From an uncultured Geobacteraceae bacterium (lineage in GTDB: Bacteria > Desulfobacterota > Desulfuromonadia > Geobacterales > CAIOGM01): a stretch of DNA of 56,433 bases. Location: the NCBI GenBank assembly GCA_903902345.1, contig CAIUUR010000499.1, positions 1-56,433 on the forward strand. Reading direction: 5' to 3'. The notes below the pieces were generated by a model. That model saw only the letters and a program-made list of their open reading frames with translations, did no database searches and was not told the DNA's origin. Positions 9,070-19,004 of the stretch are shown here, piece after piece. The position numbers were made by a program, and so were the translations under genes. Position 1 is the first letter of the stretch, and each line of letters begins with the position of its first letter.

Positions 9070-10431
9070 ATGCTGCAAAGCCTGAAAAACTATTCCACCG
9101 AAAAAATCGTTTCCCTCCTCCTCTCCCTGGGAGCTTCCTGCTCCAACGAGAACCTGGCCAGGATGACCCATCTCATGGAGCTGATCCCCCGGAAGGAGTC
9201 GTACAAGGAAAAGATCCGGTGGATCCGGCGGCTCATCCTGGAAAATCACCCCGCCATGGAGTTCCCCCGGCGAATTCTTCGGGATGTGCATCCCAACCAA
9301 CGGGAAAAATGGATTACCAACCTGACGGTGAACCACCTCCTTTCGGGGACCAACAAGCGAAAAGCCTGGCAGGATAAGGAGGGGTACTATCCCCCTTCCA
9401 CCGTGGTCATCAGCCTGACCATGAAGTGCAACCTTTCCTGCTACGGCTGCTATGCCGGCGACTACGAGAAGGAGCTGGAGCTGACCAACGACGAGGTGGA
9501 TTCCGTCCTCACTCAGATGAAAGAGATGGGGGTCTACTTTGCGGTTATCTCCGGTGGCGAACCGTTCTTCAAGAAGGATCTCTTCGATATTTTCCGGAAG
9601 CACTCGGACATGGCCTTTTTAGTCTTCACCCATGGCGGACTCATAAACGAGGGGGTTGTGGCCCAGCTCGTGGAGGTGGGAAACGTCATGCCCGCTTTTT
9701 CCCTGGAAGGGTACGAGGCCGAAACCGATGAGCGTCGCGGTGCGGGGCATTTCCAAAAGGTGATGCGGGCCATGGATCTTCTCCGGGGTGCGGGGCTCAC
9801 CTACTGCGGCTCCTTCACCCAGACCAGCCGGAACACAGGTGTCATCACCGACGGCCGGTATATGGACTTCCTCCTGGAGAAGGGGGTCTACGCCCTCTGG
9901 CTCTTTACCTACGTCCCCGTGGGGCGGGAGCCCGACCTGGAGTTGATGGCGACCCCGGAGCAGCGGGAGTTGCTTCGCTCCCGCATTGCCGAGTTCCGCG
10001 AAACCAAGCCGATGCTCTTCGTGGATTTCTGGAACGACGGCCCCATCATCGACGGCTGCATCGCCGGGGGGCGTAAATACTTCCATATCAATGCCAACGG
10101 TGACATCGAACCCTGCGTTTTCTGCCACATGGCGGTGGACAATATCCGTCGAAACTCCCTTAAGGAGGCGCTCCGCTCGCCACTGTTCACCAGAATTCGG
10201 GAAAAACAGGGAACGCATGAGAATCTCCTCCGTCCCTGCATGCTCCTGGACCATCCGGAAAACGGCAGGGAGTTTCTTGCCATGGAGGGGGTCTACCCCA
10301 CTCATGGTGGCGCCGATGCGATCTTCACGGAACTGGCGCCGCAGATGGACGAGTATGCCGCACGATATGGCGAAATCGCCGATAAGGTTTGGGAGGATGA
10401 ACTCTCACCCGGTCGCCCTCCCCGGCAATGA
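9070..10431 (+). CDS. Radical SAM protein with C-terminal Cys-rich SPASM/twitch-like extension
   Basis: CX3CX2C motif in SLTMKCNLSCYGCYAGDY, SAM-binding ISGGEPF, C-terminal DGCIAGGRKYFHINANGDIEPCVFCH...RPCML. Confidence 0.85.
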   Translation: MLQSLKNYSTEKIVSLLLSLGASCSNENLARMTHLMELIPRKESYKEKIRWIRRLILENHPAMEFPRRILRDVHPNQREKWITNLTVNHLLSGTNKRKAWQDKEGYYPPSTVVISLTMKCNLSCYGCYAGDYEKELELTNDEVDSVLTQMKEMGVYFAVISGGEPFFKKDLFDIFRKHSDMAFLVFTHGGLINEGVVAQLVEVGNVMPAFSLEGYEAETDERRGAGHFQKVMRAMDLLRGAGLTYCGSFTQTSRNTGVITDGRYMDFLLEKGVYALWLFTYVPVGREPDLELMATPEQRELLRSRIAEFRETKPMLFVDFWNDGPIIDGCIAGGRKYFHINANGDIEPCVFCHMAVDNIRRNSLKEALRSPLFTRIREKQGTHENLLRPCMLLDHPENGREFLAMEGVYPTHGGADAIFTELAPQMDEYAARYGEIADKVWEDELSPGRPPRQ

Positions 10432-11303
10432 CCCTCTACAGCGGACTGAGTCTGTTCATCATTAATCTTTTCACCCGCTTGGTACCGCGTCGGCTCTTCC
10501 CCCTCTTCGCCGCAGCCACGGGGTGGCTGGTCTATCTCTTCGTCCCCCTGCAGCGGCGCGGGATGCGGGAGAACCTTCGGACCGTGACCGGGCGAAGGTC
10601 GGTGGAACTGCTGGTTCTCAGCGCCTTTTACAAATATTCCCGGAACTGGGCCGACGTCATGCTGATGATCCGGTTGCGGGGGAACGAGCTCTTTGGTCTC
10701 ATGGGAAATCGTTCCAGCAGCCGTCCCCTGGATGACGCACTGGCCGCCGGGACCGGGGCCATCCTGGTCTCTCCCCATCTGGGGAACTGGGAACTGGGGG
10801 GGCTGGGGCTGGCGGAGATGGGCTACGTGCAGAACATCATGACCTTTCGGGAGCCCGATGAAAAGGTCAACGATCTGCGGGAAAAGTTTCGGTCGGAGCG
10901 GGGAATCGGCATCATTTACGTGGACCGCAACGACACCTCCCCCCTGGCGATCATCCAGGCGGTGAATGCCCTGAGGAGAAACGAGATCGTGGTTCTCCTG
11001 GGGGAGCGGGACGGTTCGTCGCACACCATGCGGCTGGAATTTTTCGGGCGCCCCACGGAGATCCCGGTGGGGGCCGCCTACCTGGCTCTGGCCAGCGGCG
11101 CGCCGGTGATACCGGTTTTCGTCCCGTTGGAGGGGGACCGGTATGCCACCTACATGGAGGAGCCGATCTATTTCCGGGGCAAACAGGGCGATCACGCCGC
11201 AGCCATCCGGAAGGGGACGGAGCAGCTGCTTCGGGTCTTCGAACGGTATATCCGGCGCTACCCGGATCAGTGGTACAATTTTTTTTCCTACTGGCGAAAC
11301 TAA
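10428..11303 (+). CDS. LpxL/HtrB-family (lysophospholipid/lipid A-type) acyltransferase
   Basis: N-terminal membrane anchor, then SPHLGNWELGG (H-x4-E/D acyltransferase motif) and LLGERDGS. ATGA overlap with the upstream gene. Confidence 0.8.
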   Translation: MTLYSGLSLFIINLFTRLVPRRLFPLFAAATGWLVYLFVPLQRRGMRENLRTVTGRRSVELLVLSAFYKYSRNWADVMLMIRLRGNELFGLMGNRSSSRPLDDALAAGTGAILVSPHLGNWELGGLGLAEMGYVQNIMTFREPDEKVNDLREKFRSERGIGIIYVDRNDTSPLAIIQAVNALRRNEIVVLLGERDGSSHTMRLEFFGRPTEIPVGAAYLALASGAPVIPVFVPLEGDRYATYMEEPIYFRGKQGDHAAAIRKGTEQLLRVFERYIRRYPDQWYNFFSYWRN

Positions 11304-11324
11304 TCCATATAAAGAGGTACTCCC

Positions 11325-11582
11325 ATGTCAGAATCATTGATAGAACCGGTCAAACAGCTCATCATCGACGCTCTCCGCATCGAGGGGATGACCACGGCGG
11401 ATATCGACTCCGACGCTCCCCTCTTTGGGGAGGGGCTGGGGCTCGACTCCATCGACGCCCTGCAGCTGGTGGTGGCCATGGAGAAGGAGTACGGGGTGGT
11501 GGTTCCCGACGCAGCCACGGGGACAACGGTCTTCCAGTCTGTCCGGAGCATGGCGGCGCATATCGCGGAACATCGTAAATGA
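11325..11582 (+). CDS. Acyl carrier protein
   Basis: 85 aa with LGLDSIDALQLVVAMEKEYG (phosphopantetheine Ser in DSI). Confidence 0.9.
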   Translation: MSESLIEPVKQLIIDALRIEGMTTADIDSDAPLFGEGLGLDSIDALQLVVAMEKEYGVVVPDAATGTTVFQSVRSMAAHIAEHRK

Positions 11583-12868
11583 AAATTCTTTTTGTCGTCC
11601 CTGGCTGGCCCAAGGGGCGGCTCTGGGGAGAACTCGGCTTCAAGTTTCCCTCCCTTTCTCTGGCGGCCCTGGCGGCGGTGACCCCCGACTCCTTCCAGGT
11701 CGAGCTCCGGGACGAAAACATCGAGAAGCTGGAGCTGGACGCAGCAGTCGACCTGGTGGCCATCACCGCCATGACCCCCCAGGCGCCGAGGGCCTATGCC
11801 ATTGCCGACGCCTTCCGACGGCGGGGGATTCCGGTGGTCATGGGGGGCTTTCACGCCAGCGTTCTACCCCATGAGGCGCTGGAGCATGTGGATTCGGTGG
11901 TGGTGGGGGAGGGGGAGAGTGCCTGGCCCCTGCTCCTGAGCGACTTCCGACAGGGGAAGATGGCGCCGCTCTACCGGAGCGACAAGCCGGCGGCCATGGC
12001 CGACATCCCCCGGGCGGGACGGTCCCTCTTCGCGGGGAAGCGGTACCTCCTCACCAATACTCTCCAGACGACCCGCGGCTGCCCCTTTGAGTGTGAATTC
12101 TGCTCAGTGACCGCTTTTTACGGCAGGAAATACCGTACCCGGCCGGTGGCGGGTGTCCTGGCTGAACTGGAGGAGCTTCGCCGTAAGAACTCCTTTGCCT
12201 TCTTCGTGGATGACAATCTTGTGGCCAACCGCTCCTATGCCCTGGAGCTCTTCACCGGGATGAAGGGGATGGGATTCAAATGGCTTTCCCATGCCCCCAT
12301 CGATTTCGGCCGTGATCCGGAGCTCCTGCGGGCCGCCGGCGATTCCGGTTGCGTGGGGATGTTCGTCGGTTTCGAATCTCTGAATCAGGATACTCTGGCA
12401 GCCATGGGAAAGGTCACTAACCGGGCCACCTCCTACCTGAATGACGCCAAGGCGTTTCGTGACAACGGCATCGGTATCCTGGGCTCTTTCGTTCTCGGTT
12501 GCGATGGTGATACGCCGGATATTTTCCCGCAGATTCTCCGCTTTTGCGAGGAGGCGCGGCTGGAGTCGGCCATCTTCCCCATTCTGACCCCCTATCCGGG
12601 GACGGCGGTGAGACAGAGGTTGGAGGAAGAGGGGCGGATCATTTCCAACGCCTGGGAGGATTACGACATGGGGCATGTCAACTTCCTTCCCAGGGGAATG
12701 AGTGTTGCAGAGCTGCAGGACGGGCATGACTGGCTCAACCGCTCTTTTTACTCACTTGGCTCCATGTACCGCAGGCTCTTCAAGGCTCACCGGTCGGTGC
12801 AGGTTTTCGGTCCCATGAACTTCGGCTTCCGGAGCGCCATCCGGCGTTGTGCCAAGGTTTCCGTATGA
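11579..12868 (+). CDS. B12-binding-domain radical SAM protein (class B-like), paralog of 22160-23521
   Basis: N-terminal Rossmann/cobalamin-type domain (VAITAMTPQAPRAYAIADAFRRRGIPVVMGGFHAS...VVVGEGE), then TTRGCPFECEFCSV. ATGA overlap with the ACP gene. Confidence 0.85.
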   Translation: MKILFVVPGWPKGRLWGELGFKFPSLSLAALAAVTPDSFQVELRDENIEKLELDAAVDLVAITAMTPQAPRAYAIADAFRRRGIPVVMGGFHASVLPHEALEHVDSVVVGEGESAWPLLLSDFRQGKMAPLYRSDKPAAMADIPRAGRSLFAGKRYLLTNTLQTTRGCPFECEFCSVTAFYGRKYRTRPVAGVLAELEELRRKNSFAFFVDDNLVANRSYALELFTGMKGMGFKWLSHAPIDFGRDPELLRAAGDSGCVGMFVGFESLNQDTLAAMGKVTNRATSYLNDAKAFRDNGIGILGSFVLGCDGDTPDIFPQILRFCEEARLESAIFPILTPYPGTAVRQRLEEEGRIISNAWEDYDMGHVNFLPRGMSVAELQDGHDWLNRSFYSLGSMYRRLFKAHRSVQVFGPMNFGFRSAIRRCAKVSV

Positions 12869-13710
12869 ACTGCTATATGTTTCCCGGCCAGCCTCTTTCC
12901 CGTTCCCGGGGGATCCCCCAGGACCATGATGGGGAACAGATTGCGGAACTCTGCCGGCGCCATGCCCTGTTCGATCCGGAGAGCTGGGAGTGGCTGACGC
13001 CGGATGGTACGGACAATGTGGCCCTGCAGCTACATGGGGTGGCCATGAGTCTGCATGGGGCGCGCACCCTGAAAAAGGGGGGAGTAACGCCGGGAATCGT
13101 CGCCGAGCATAGTATGGGAATCTACCCGGCAGCGGCCCTTTGTGGCTCCCTGGCGGAAGAGTCTGTTCTGGAGATCACCAGCAGGGGGGGGCGGGCCATG
13201 GCTGCCATGGGGAGTTCCCGGCACTACTCCCTGGGATGTGTGGTGGGTCTGACGGTGGAGCCGGTTACCGCGCTTGCGGAAAACCATGGGGTCTATCTGG
13301 CCAATGTCAACACCGACCGTCACTTTCTCCTCGCCGGTGAGCTGGACCCCATGAACGGCGCCATGGCGGAGGCCCTCGCCGTTGGCGCCTTCTCCGCCAA
13401 CTCTTTTTCCTGCGACGCCCCGCTCCACACTCCCCTCATGGGAGAGCTGGAGGGGGAGTTGAGGGCGATTTTCTCCGACTACCGCTACCGCGATCCCCAG
13501 GTGCCGCTCATGAACCATGTGGACCAGTGCTGTCTTTGCGGCAGTGACCTGGCCGACTTCATGTACCGGGAACTTCTCCTCCCCGTGCAGTGGGAGCGCA
13601 CCTACCGGGCGCTCCGGAGTGCGGGAGTCGATCATTTTTTCGAAGTGGGGCAGGGGGATTCACTGAAAAAATACAACCGCTGGCTTGAGAGCCGGTGGGA
13701 AGGAAGCTGA
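12865..13710 (+). CDS. FabD-like (malonyl-CoA:ACP) acyltransferase
   Basis: MNCYMFPGQPLS (FabD-type N-terminus), nucleophile elbow EHSMGIY. ATG at 12865 chosen over the TTG at 12847 because it makes an ATGA overlap with the upstream stop. Confidence 0.8.
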   Translation: MNCYMFPGQPLSRSRGIPQDHDGEQIAELCRRHALFDPESWEWLTPDGTDNVALQLHGVAMSLHGARTLKKGGVTPGIVAEHSMGIYPAAALCGSLAEESVLEITSRGGRAMAAMGSSRHYSLGCVVGLTVEPVTALAENHGVYLANVNTDRHFLLAGELDPMNGAMAEALAVGAFSANSFSCDAPLHTPLMGELEGELRAIFSDYRYRDPQVPLMNHVDQCCLCGSDLADFMYRELLLPVQWERTYRALRSAGVDHFFEVGQGDSLKKYNRWLESRWEGS

Positions 13711-13713
13711 TTC

Positions 13714-14136
13714 ATGATCTGGCATGAGACCCCACTTACGGTGCGTTTTAACGAAGTGGACGCCTATCAGGTGGCCTGGCACGGGCACTTTGTCGCCTGG
13801 ATGGAGGTGGGGCGCAATGACCTGGCGGGCCGATTCGACCTCAATGCCCAGCAGATCCGCACCGCCGGCTACCGGGCGCCGGTGGTGAATCTGGAACTCT
13901 CCTACAAGCGGCCGGCCCGGTTCAACGAGGAGCTGAGTGTCGGGACGGTTGCCCGCCGCACGGAGATCGCTACCCTTGAGTTTCTCACCCGGATCACCGG
14001 CGCCGACGGCGCCGTTATCGCTACCGGCAGGACCGTTCATGTCCTCACCGACGATGGGGGGACCCTCCTCTACCGGCTTCCACCCCTCATCGCCGGGCGT
14101 CTGGAGCGGATGTTTACTCATCTGGAGGGAGCGTGA
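13714..14136 (+). CDS. Hotdog-fold acyl-CoA/ACP thioesterase (4HBT/YbgC-like)
   Basis: TVRFNEVDAYQVAWHGHFVAWMEVGRND matches the 4HBT signature. 140 aa. Confidence 0.8.
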   Translation: MIWHETPLTVRFNEVDAYQVAWHGHFVAWMEVGRNDLAGRFDLNAQQIRTAGYRAPVVNLELSYKRPARFNEELSVGTVARRTEIATLEFLTRITGADGAVIATGRTVHVLTDDGGTLLYRLPPLIAGRLERMFTHLEGA

Positions 14137-15521
14137 GGCTCCTCCTCGTTTCAGCCAACCGGGAGCGGTCACCGTACCCGGTTTTTCCCATCGGACTCGC
14201 CTATCTGGCCGCTCCTCTGGCGGCTGCGGGGCACCATCTGGAGCTCATTGATCTCTGCTTCACGTCGGAGCCGACCCGGGAGCTGGCCGATGCCATCGTC
14301 CGTTACCGTCCTCACGCCATTTTGGTCTCCATCCGGAACGTGGACAACGTTACCTGGCCCGGCTCCCGCTCCTACCTGGAAGGGATACGTGAGGCGGTGA
14401 CGATCTGCACGGGGGATGCGCCGGTTATTTTGGGGGGCTCCGGCTTCTCCCTCATGCCGGTGGAGTTGCTGGATTTCTTGGGTGGGGATATGGGAGTGGT
14501 GGGTGAGGGAGAAGAGGTCATCATCCCCCTGCTGGAGATCCTGGAACGGGGAGAGAGCCCTGCCGGGCTTCCCGGAGTACTGCTGCCGGGGGAGAGCTCC
14601 TGGCTTCCCCCTCTGCCGGTGCGGAATATCGGGGGGCCGGACCGGACCCTCTTTCCTCTTGCTCGCTACAGTCGTGAGGGGGGGATGGCCAACCTCCAGA
14701 CCAAGCGGGGGTGCCCCTTCGGCTGTGTCTACTGCACCTATCCCCTCCTGGAAGGGAGTCGGGTCAGGCTCCGTCCGGTGGGGGAGGTCATGGCCGAGAT
14801 CCGGGAACTGACGGAGCTCCGGGGGGTGGAGTACCTCTATTTCGTGGATGACATCTTCAACTACCCTCCCGACTATGCGCTGGAGCTTTGCCGGGCCATG
14901 GTGAGTGGAGGGGTGAAGGTCAACTGGTCCGCGTTTATCAATCCCCAGTTCGTCTCCCCCCAGCAGGTGGATGCCATGGTGGCGGCGGGATGCGACGCTC
15001 TGGAGTACGGCAGTGATTCCGGTTCCGCCGCCATGCTTCGTTCTCTGGGAAAGTCGTTCACCGTGGAGCAGATTCGGAGCGCCTCGGAACTCTGTCACCA
15101 GCGGGGAGTCGATTTTGCTCACTACATCCTCTTTGGCGGGCCCGGGGAGAGTGTGGCAACCATCGACGAGACCTTTGCCACCATGGACGAGGTGGATCCC
15201 ACGGCGGTTATCGCCATGACCGGTATCCGGATCTTCCCGGGAACTCCTCTTCACGAACGGGCCATCGCCGACGGGATCATCGGGGAAAATACGTCGCTTC
15301 TGGAGCCGGCCTTCTACATTTCACCGCCGCTGCGCCATTCCCTGGCTGACCTGGTAACAGAGCGGGCACTGCTTCGACGTAACTGGGTTGCCCCCGGCCT
15401 GGAGATCAACATGAGCGATGCCATGCTGGAAGCGCTTCGCTCCTTTCCGGTGCGTGGTCCCCTCTGGAAACTGATGAAGCGGTTGGGACGGAACCGGGTT
15501 CGCCCCATGACACCCAGCTGA
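14133..15521 (+). CDS. B12-binding-domain radical SAM protein (distinct subfamily; resembles the 'lipid biosynthesis B12-binding/radical SAM' type)
   Basis: MRLLLVSANRERSPYPVFPIGLAYLAAPL... N-terminal domain, then QTKRGCPFGCVYCTY. GTGA overlap with the thioesterase gene. Confidence 0.85.
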   Translation: MRLLLVSANRERSPYPVFPIGLAYLAAPLAAAGHHLELIDLCFTSEPTRELADAIVRYRPHAILVSIRNVDNVTWPGSRSYLEGIREAVTICTGDAPVILGGSGFSLMPVELLDFLGGDMGVVGEGEEVIIPLLEILERGESPAGLPGVLLPGESSWLPPLPVRNIGGPDRTLFPLARYSREGGMANLQTKRGCPFGCVYCTYPLLEGSRVRLRPVGEVMAEIRELTELRGVEYLYFVDDIFNYPPDYALELCRAMVSGGVKVNWSAFINPQFVSPQQVDAMVAAGCDALEYGSDSGSAAMLRSLGKSFTVEQIRSASELCHQRGVDFAHYILFGGPGESVATIDETFATMDEVDPTAVIAMTGIRIFPGTPLHERAIADGIIGENTSLLEPAFYISPPLRHSLADLVTERALLRRNWVAPGLEINMSDAMLEALRSFPVRGPLWKLMKRLGRNRVRPMTPS

Positions 15522-15537
15522 TACCAACGAGGCATCC

Positions 15538-16278
15538 ATGGAATTTTCAGATAAAATTGTCGTCGTTACCGGGGGGACCCGCGGCATCGGTCGGGCCATA
15601 TCCCTCCACTTCGCCCGCCAGGGAGCAAAGGTTTTCGCCGCATTCCGGGAGAACGCCGAGGCCGCCTCGTCACTGGAGGCGGAAGCTGTCGGGCTCCCGG
15701 GGGGCGTCACCGCCGTTCAGGCCGATGTGGGGTGTTCCCAAGGGGCCATTGCTCTTCTGGATACGGCGGCACACGGAACCGGGGGGGTCGATATCCTGGT
15801 GAACAATGCCGGGATCATCCGGGATTGCTATCTGGCCATGATGTCGGAAGACGACTGGGATGCGGTGGTTCAAAACAACCTCAATCCCCTGTTCCATTGC
15901 TGCAAATGGGGAGTGCGGAAGATGATCGGCCGAAAAGGGTGCGCCATCGTCAACCTCTCGTCTATTTCGGCCCTCACCGGCGCCGGGGGGCAGTGCAACT
16001 ATGCCGCCACCAAGGGAGGGATCATCAGCTTCACCAAGTCCCTGGCCCGGGAGGTGGGTCCCCTGGGAATCAGGGTCAATGCTGTGGCCCCCGGCCTCAT
16101 CCAGACCGAGATGATCGCCGGGATGAAGCCCGATCAGGTAAAGAAGGTTATTTCCGGTGGCAGTATGGGGCGACTGGGTACGCCGGAAGAGGTGGCCGAA
16201 GCGGTGGCCTTCCTCGCCTCTCCCCGGGCCTCCTATATAAACGGTCACTGTCTCGTGGTGGATGGGGGAATCGTCTGA
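15538..16278 (+). CDS. 3-oxoacyl-ACP reductase (FabG-like SDR)
   Basis: VTGGTRGIGRAI, NNAG, SSISALTGAGGQCNYAATKGG (catalytic S...YxxxK). Confidence 0.92.
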   Translation: MEFSDKIVVVTGGTRGIGRAISLHFARQGAKVFAAFRENAEAASSLEAEAVGLPGGVTAVQADVGCSQGAIALLDTAAHGTGGVDILVNNAGIIRDCYLAMMSEDDWDAVVQNNLNPLFHCCKWGVRKMIGRKGCAIVNLSSISALTGAGGQCNYAATKGGIISFTKSLAREVGPLGIRVNAVAPGLIQTEMIAGMKPDQVKKVISGGSMGRLGTPEEVAEAVAFLASPRASYINGHCLVVDGGIV

Positions 16279-16382
16279 TCCTGCAAAAACAGATTGTTTC
16301 CGGATGTCGTAACAGGTAAGATAGCACTAACTGTTTTATGCTTGTTTTGACCGGATCTGTAGACAATTTTTAGGTGCGCCTC

Positions 16383-17594
16383 ATGCTTGAAACATCCATA
16401 GCCATAACAGGAATCGGCGTCTACTGCTCCGCAGGAAAGGATGTTCCGGCGTTCACTACGGCCCTGCGCCAGGGGCAAAGCGGTATCGGTCCGGTGGAGC
16501 TCTTCGATGTCTCCCCCTTTCCCTCTCGTATCGGGGGAGAAATTCGCGGTTATGACCCCCGCGATCGTTTCACCCGGAGGGAGGCGCTTCGCACCTCCCG
16601 GGCGGACCAGTTTGCCATCATCGCGGCAGGAGAGGCCCTGCGCAGTTCCGGGGTGCTGGCGGCCTACGATTCCTTTGACCTGGGGGTCTCCGTGGGGGGG
16701 GGCGCTGCCGGGATGCTTCACGGTGAGCAATGGCTCAAGGGGGTACTGGAAGGACGTCGAGTGGACCCGGCGCTTCTGGCGGGACTTCTCCCCGATCGGA
16801 CGGCCACGGTCCTGGCTCATCGCTTTCAACTGGCGGGATATCAGGGGAGCGTCACCACGGCCTGTTCGTCGTCGGCCACGGCCATCGGTTGGGGCGCTGA
16901 TCTGGTGGCTACGGGGAGGGTGAAGGCTACCCTCTGCGGGGGAACCGATGCCCTTTCGCTTCTCACCTATGCCGGGTTTAACTCTCTCCGGGTGGTTGAC
17001 CCGAATCCCTGTGCTCCCTTTAGTCTGGGACGGGAGGGAATCACTCTGGGAGAAGGTTCCGCCTTCCTTGTCCTGGAGCGGGAAGAGCTGGCCCGGCGGC
17101 GCGGGGCGGTGGTTCTGGGGAGGATACTGGGATACGCCATGGCCGGCGAAGGGTACCACATGACCGCGCCCGAGCCCACCGGTTCCGAGGCTGCCCGGGT
17201 GATGAACTCTGCCCTGGAGTATGCCGGAATATCAGCCGGTTCCGTGGGGTGGGTCAATGCCCACGGCACCGGCACCCCGTTGAACGATGTGGTGGAGACC
17301 AAGGGGATGAAGCTTCTCTTCGGCGGTCGGGCGCCGGAGGTGCCGCTGGTTTCCACCAAGGGACTCACCGGTCACTGTCTCGGCGCTGCCGGGGCCATGG
17401 AGGCGCTGGCCACGATCATCGCCCTTCAGGAGGGGTTCATCCCGCAGACGCTCCATTTCCGGGGCGCCGACCCGGAGTGCGATCTGGATTACTGTCACGG
17501 GGGCCCCCGGGAGTCGGGTGCATCCATCGCCCTCTCCAACTCCTTTGCCTTTGGGGGAAACATTACAACTCTGGTGATGGGAAATGGTCGATAG
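16383..17594 (+). CDS. Beta-ketoacyl-ACP synthase (KAS II/type II PKS KS-alpha-like), full Cys-His-His triad
   Basis: TTACSSSATAIG (Cys), GYHMTAPEP (His), VNAHGTGTPLND (His). ATG at 16383; a GTG at 16374 is an alternative start. Confidence 0.9.
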   Translation: MLETSIAITGIGVYCSAGKDVPAFTTALRQGQSGIGPVELFDVSPFPSRIGGEIRGYDPRDRFTRREALRTSRADQFAIIAAGEALRSSGVLAAYDSFDLGVSVGGGAAGMLHGEQWLKGVLEGRRVDPALLAGLLPDRTATVLAHRFQLAGYQGSVTTACSSSATAIGWGADLVATGRVKATLCGGTDALSLLTYAGFNSLRVVDPNPCAPFSLGREGITLGEGSAFLVLEREELARRRGAVVLGRILGYAMAGEGYHMTAPEPTGSEAARVMNSALEYAGISAGSVGWVNAHGTGTPLNDVVETKGMKLLFGGRAPEVPLVSTKGLTGHCLGAAGAMEALATIIALQEGFIPQTLHFRGADPECDLDYCHGGPRESGASIALSNSFAFGGNITTLVMGNGR

Positions 17595-18630
17595 TTCTGT
17601 TGTCATAACCGGCGTCGGTGCGGTCTCTTCCGCGGGAGTCGGGGTGGAACCGCTCATGGACGCCATCCGGAGCGGTCGCTGCTGTTTTCAACCGTTTCCC
17701 GAGGAAATCTTCTCCGGAGGGGGGGATGAATGGGCTCCCGCGTCGGCCTTCCGGGTTGCCGACTTCATGCCGCCGCTAAAGGCGCGTAAATTCGACCGCT
17801 GCAGCCAGTTCGCCATTGCCGCGGCGGGGATGGCGCTGAAGGACGCCTCAATTGTGGTGGGGGAGCTGGAGCCGACCCGGATCGGAATTGTGCTGGGGTG
17901 CGGCTTCGGCGGGATCACCAATTCCGCGGAGTTTCTGAAGGGGTACTTTTCCGGCGGCGCCGACGGTCTCATCCCCCTGTTGTTTCCCAATACTGTCCCC
18001 AATGCGGCCGCCAGTAATACCTCCATGGAATACCGGCTCAAGGGGCCCAACGTCACCATGGTTCAGCGGTTCTGTTCGGCGGAGTCGGCCCTCCTTCTGG
18101 CGCAACGTTTTCTGGAGGAAGAGCGGGCCGATGTCATGCTTGTGGGGGGGGTGGACGAGATCATCCCCATCATCCTCAAGGGATTCCGGGCGCTTGGCCA
18201 ACTGCGCACTGGCGGGGCCGGTGGGAGATTCGGCGAAGGGGCCGGGATACTGGTTCTGGAGCGTGGTGGTCATGCGGCCCGTCGCGGCGCCCGGGTCCGG
18301 GGACGTCTGAAGGGAGTCCGGACGATCGGTCTCCTTCCCCCGGGACGGGAAGATGAAGGAGTCCATCGGCTCCTGGCCGGATTCCCCCAGCCGGAACTCC
18401 TCTCCCTTTCCGGAGTCGCCCCGGAGTGTGGGAAGTTGGCCGGGCTCTTCCCCGGAGTCCCCCGCCTGGACTCCGGGGCACTCCTGGGGCGCTCCCTTGC
18501 CATGGGAGGAATCGCCCTGACGGCGCATCTTCTGACTCTGCACCCCGGGGGGCGCGGCATTCATCTGGCGGCTTCTCCCGAGGGGCCCTGGTTTGCCGTA
18601 GCCCTGGAAGGGGGGGATTCCCCGCCGTGA
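17584..18630 (+). CDS. KS-like partner subunit (chain-length-factor/ApeC-like), lacks the His-His motifs
   Basis: Thiolase-fold N-half (VVITGVGAVSSAG..., VQRFCSAESALLLA). No HxTxP or NAHGTG motif in the shortened C-half (348 aa). 11-nt overlap with the KS gene. Confidence 0.75.
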   Translation: MVDSSVVITGVGAVSSAGVGVEPLMDAIRSGRCCFQPFPEEIFSGGGDEWAPASAFRVADFMPPLKARKFDRCSQFAIAAAGMALKDASIVVGELEPTRIGIVLGCGFGGITNSAEFLKGYFSGGADGLIPLLFPNTVPNAAASNTSMEYRLKGPNVTMVQRFCSAESALLLAQRFLEEERADVMLVGGVDEIIPIILKGFRALGQLRTGGAGGRFGEGAGILVLERGGHAARRGARVRGRLKGVRTIGLLPPGREDEGVHRLLAGFPQPELLSLSGVAPECGKLAGLFPGVPRLDSGALLGRSLAMGGIALTAHLLTLHPGGRGIHLAASPEGPWFAVALEGGDSPP

Positions 18631-19004
18631 TCGATCCTGCCCAACGTCTTCCCCATCGTAATCCGTTCCTCTTTCTTGACCGTGTCACCACCCTGGAGCC
18701 GGGCGTCCGTGGTGAGGCCATCGCTCTGGTGTCTCACCTTCCCGGCGCCTCCCCGCTGCTTCTTGTGGAGGCCATGGCTCAGCTTGCAGGAGTGGTGGCC
18801 ATTGAGCAGGAGGGGGAGATCGGTTCCCTGGCAGCCATCGACCGGGCGGAATTTCTTGCACCGGTGTCGCCAGGGGATTGCCTGTTTATCTCCATGCGGA
18901 TAATCAAGAGGTTCGGCCGTCTCATTCTCTGCCAGGGCGAGATTACCTCTGCAGGGGAAACGGTGGCCACGGCCACTCTGACTCTGGGGGTGGGCGCCCC
19001 GTGA
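18627..19004 (+). CDS. FabZ/FabA-like 3-hydroxyacyl-ACP dehydratase (hotdog)
   Basis: GTG at 18627 (GTGA overlap) gives VIDPAQRLPHRNPFLFLDRV..., which is the FabZ HR(Y/N)PFLLVDRV motif. The ORF-track start at 18426 lies inside the upstream gene. Confidence 0.8.
   Translation: MIDPAQRLPHRNPFLFLDRVTTLEPGVRGEAIALVSHLPGASPLLLVEAMAQLAGVVAIEQEGEIGSLAAIDRAEFLAPVSPGDCLFISMRIIKRFGRLILCQGEITSAGETVATATLTLGVGAP

Noticed and set aside
16279-16382. Internal promoter (TTGACC at 16347-16352 plus a weak -10) in the only sizeable gap of the lipid operon.
   Set aside because: The -10 match is poor (TTAGGT/TAGGTG). The AT-rich gap may simply hold the KS ribosome-binding region. It is noted under the operon finding but not called as a feature.
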